From Cyanidioschyzon merolae (Eukaryota): a stretch of 64,000 nt of DNA. Under the pieces are notes generated by a model. The model had not been told where the DNA came from. It searched no databases and saw only the letters and a program-made list of their open reading frames with translations. Made by a program: the position numbers and the translations under genes. Below are positions 62,714 to 64,000 of the stretch, in pieces. Each line of letters starts with the position of its first letter. Positions within the stretch are counted from its first letter, which is position 1. Location: NCBI GenBank assembly GCA_000091205.1, contig AP006489.2; one strand, written 5' to 3'.

Positions 62714-64000
62714 GAGTTACCAGCGAAAACAATGTAAACGCGTCACACTTGACGAGGCCCCAAGTAGCACGGCCTCCTCCGCAGACTCCGGAAGGCTAAA
62801 GCGCCTGCGCACAGCGCTGAAACACGAGCCGCGCACGCATCGCAGCGGCACGCATTGCACGCCTGCTGTCCTCGGCACGCATCGCAGCGGCCTGCGTGTA
62901 TCCTGGATTCTACGACATGCGTCTGCGCGATGCGTCATAGCACCCCAGAATAGGCTGAGACTGGCACGAATGGCGACGGATAGCGCATCCTATCGTGGTA
63001 AAGGCACGGCAACGAGAGGTACAGAGACTTGAAAGGCGAATGATCTGGGCGTTGGGCAGTATATTTTTTGCGCGTGCATGCTTGTGTGCGGCTTGACATG
63101 TACGCGTTGCGGGGGTCTTGGGCGCGCTCCGGCCTGCACTGGCTATCAGGTCCGAGCGCGGCAAATGGGAAACTGCCGGGGGAATATGCGTGGTGGTGCG
63201 GAACGATGGGCACGCTCTCGGGTGCTGATAACCATGGCGTCTGCGGGGATCACTGCTTTATGTCAGCGGTTCTGTGCGCCGAAACACCCGAGTGTTCCCG
63301 GTCTGCAGTGCGCATTCGTTCATGCGATGATACATGAGAATGTCGCATAATGCAGCACGATTGACGTTAATCATTTGAATAGCCAAAGCGTCCCGAGTCT
63401 ATGTATATGACGCTCCAGCGTTCGTGGTGCGTTCAGTCATGCGGTACCGTTCCAGTACCTTGCACCTGGAGCGAATCCAACGCCCTCTCTTCAAGCCGTT
63501 GAAGTGCTCGTTGGAAGTTGTTAGCGTTCTAGCAAAATACCCACACTGATGACGAAATCTGTCGAAATCACACCCTTGAAAACTTGCTCGATACGGATCC
63601 GTTGTGCGCTATGGAATCACGGAACATTTTCGAATGTTCATCGAGATGAAGTTTCGGTGCAGATAGTGCTTTCGTGTATTGTTTCTGGTAGAATTATACC
63701 ATAGCCAGCCGCTCATTTTCGATAGCCTCGCCACCTGACGTTCGGGTATCATACCACGCATTATCTCGTGCAACTGGCTCTGTTTTAGAAGCTTATACTC
63801 TACCAGTTTCAGCGTGCACCCGCGCTCATGGTGCGTGCATGACATGCCGAACAAATCTGTGGGGATCATAGAGCATCGATCATTGCAGTCAATGTATGCT
63901 TTCGCGGAACGAGCAGGCATGCAGGCCTTGCGCGCTACCGCAGGTCCAGCGTCGAGAGCTCCCTTCACCGAACGACGCGACATGTCGGTCGTTTCCTGTT

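Overview
This is a GC-rich (about 58-60%), intron-poor eukaryotic nuclear window carrying roughly 20 protein-coding genes (about one per 3 kb). I cannot assign the organism from sequence alone; it is stramenopile- or oomycete-like at best. Recognisable housekeeping genes include TFIIE-alpha (truncated at the window start and absent from the ORF track), an RRN7/TAF1B-like factor, BUD31/G10, a GRIP-domain golgin, bifunctional BioD-BioA, a SET1-type H3K4 methyltransferase, SBDS, MND1, TBCE, a TPR protein, a Rad60/Esc2-like protein, TIM10, a RanGAP-like LRR protein and a WD40 protein. The central feature is a three-gene nitrate-assimilation cluster: an NRT2 nitrate transporter, a eukaryotic nitrate reductase, and a siroheme/[4Fe-4S] reductase that resembles sulfite reductase (CysI/SiR) rather than a canonical nitrite reductase. 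The cluster lies exactly between two about 1.19-kb direct repeats of about 99% identity (15132-16317 and 27673-28857). A second repeat structure is a pair of about 1.6-kb inverted repeats (38693-40300 and 44945-46558) enclosing SBDS and MND1. A degenerate Fanzor/TnpB-like RNA-guided-nuclease element sits at 55.1-57.65 kb and reads in-frame into TIM10. A diverged copy of that element's 5' end lies at about 27.23-27.6 kb, just inside the right-hand direct repeat of the nitrate island. Several trinucleotide tracts encode polyQ inside genes, and the 52.2-kb intergenic region holds a 93-bp x2 tandem repeat. All family assignments come from reading the ORF translations, with no database search.
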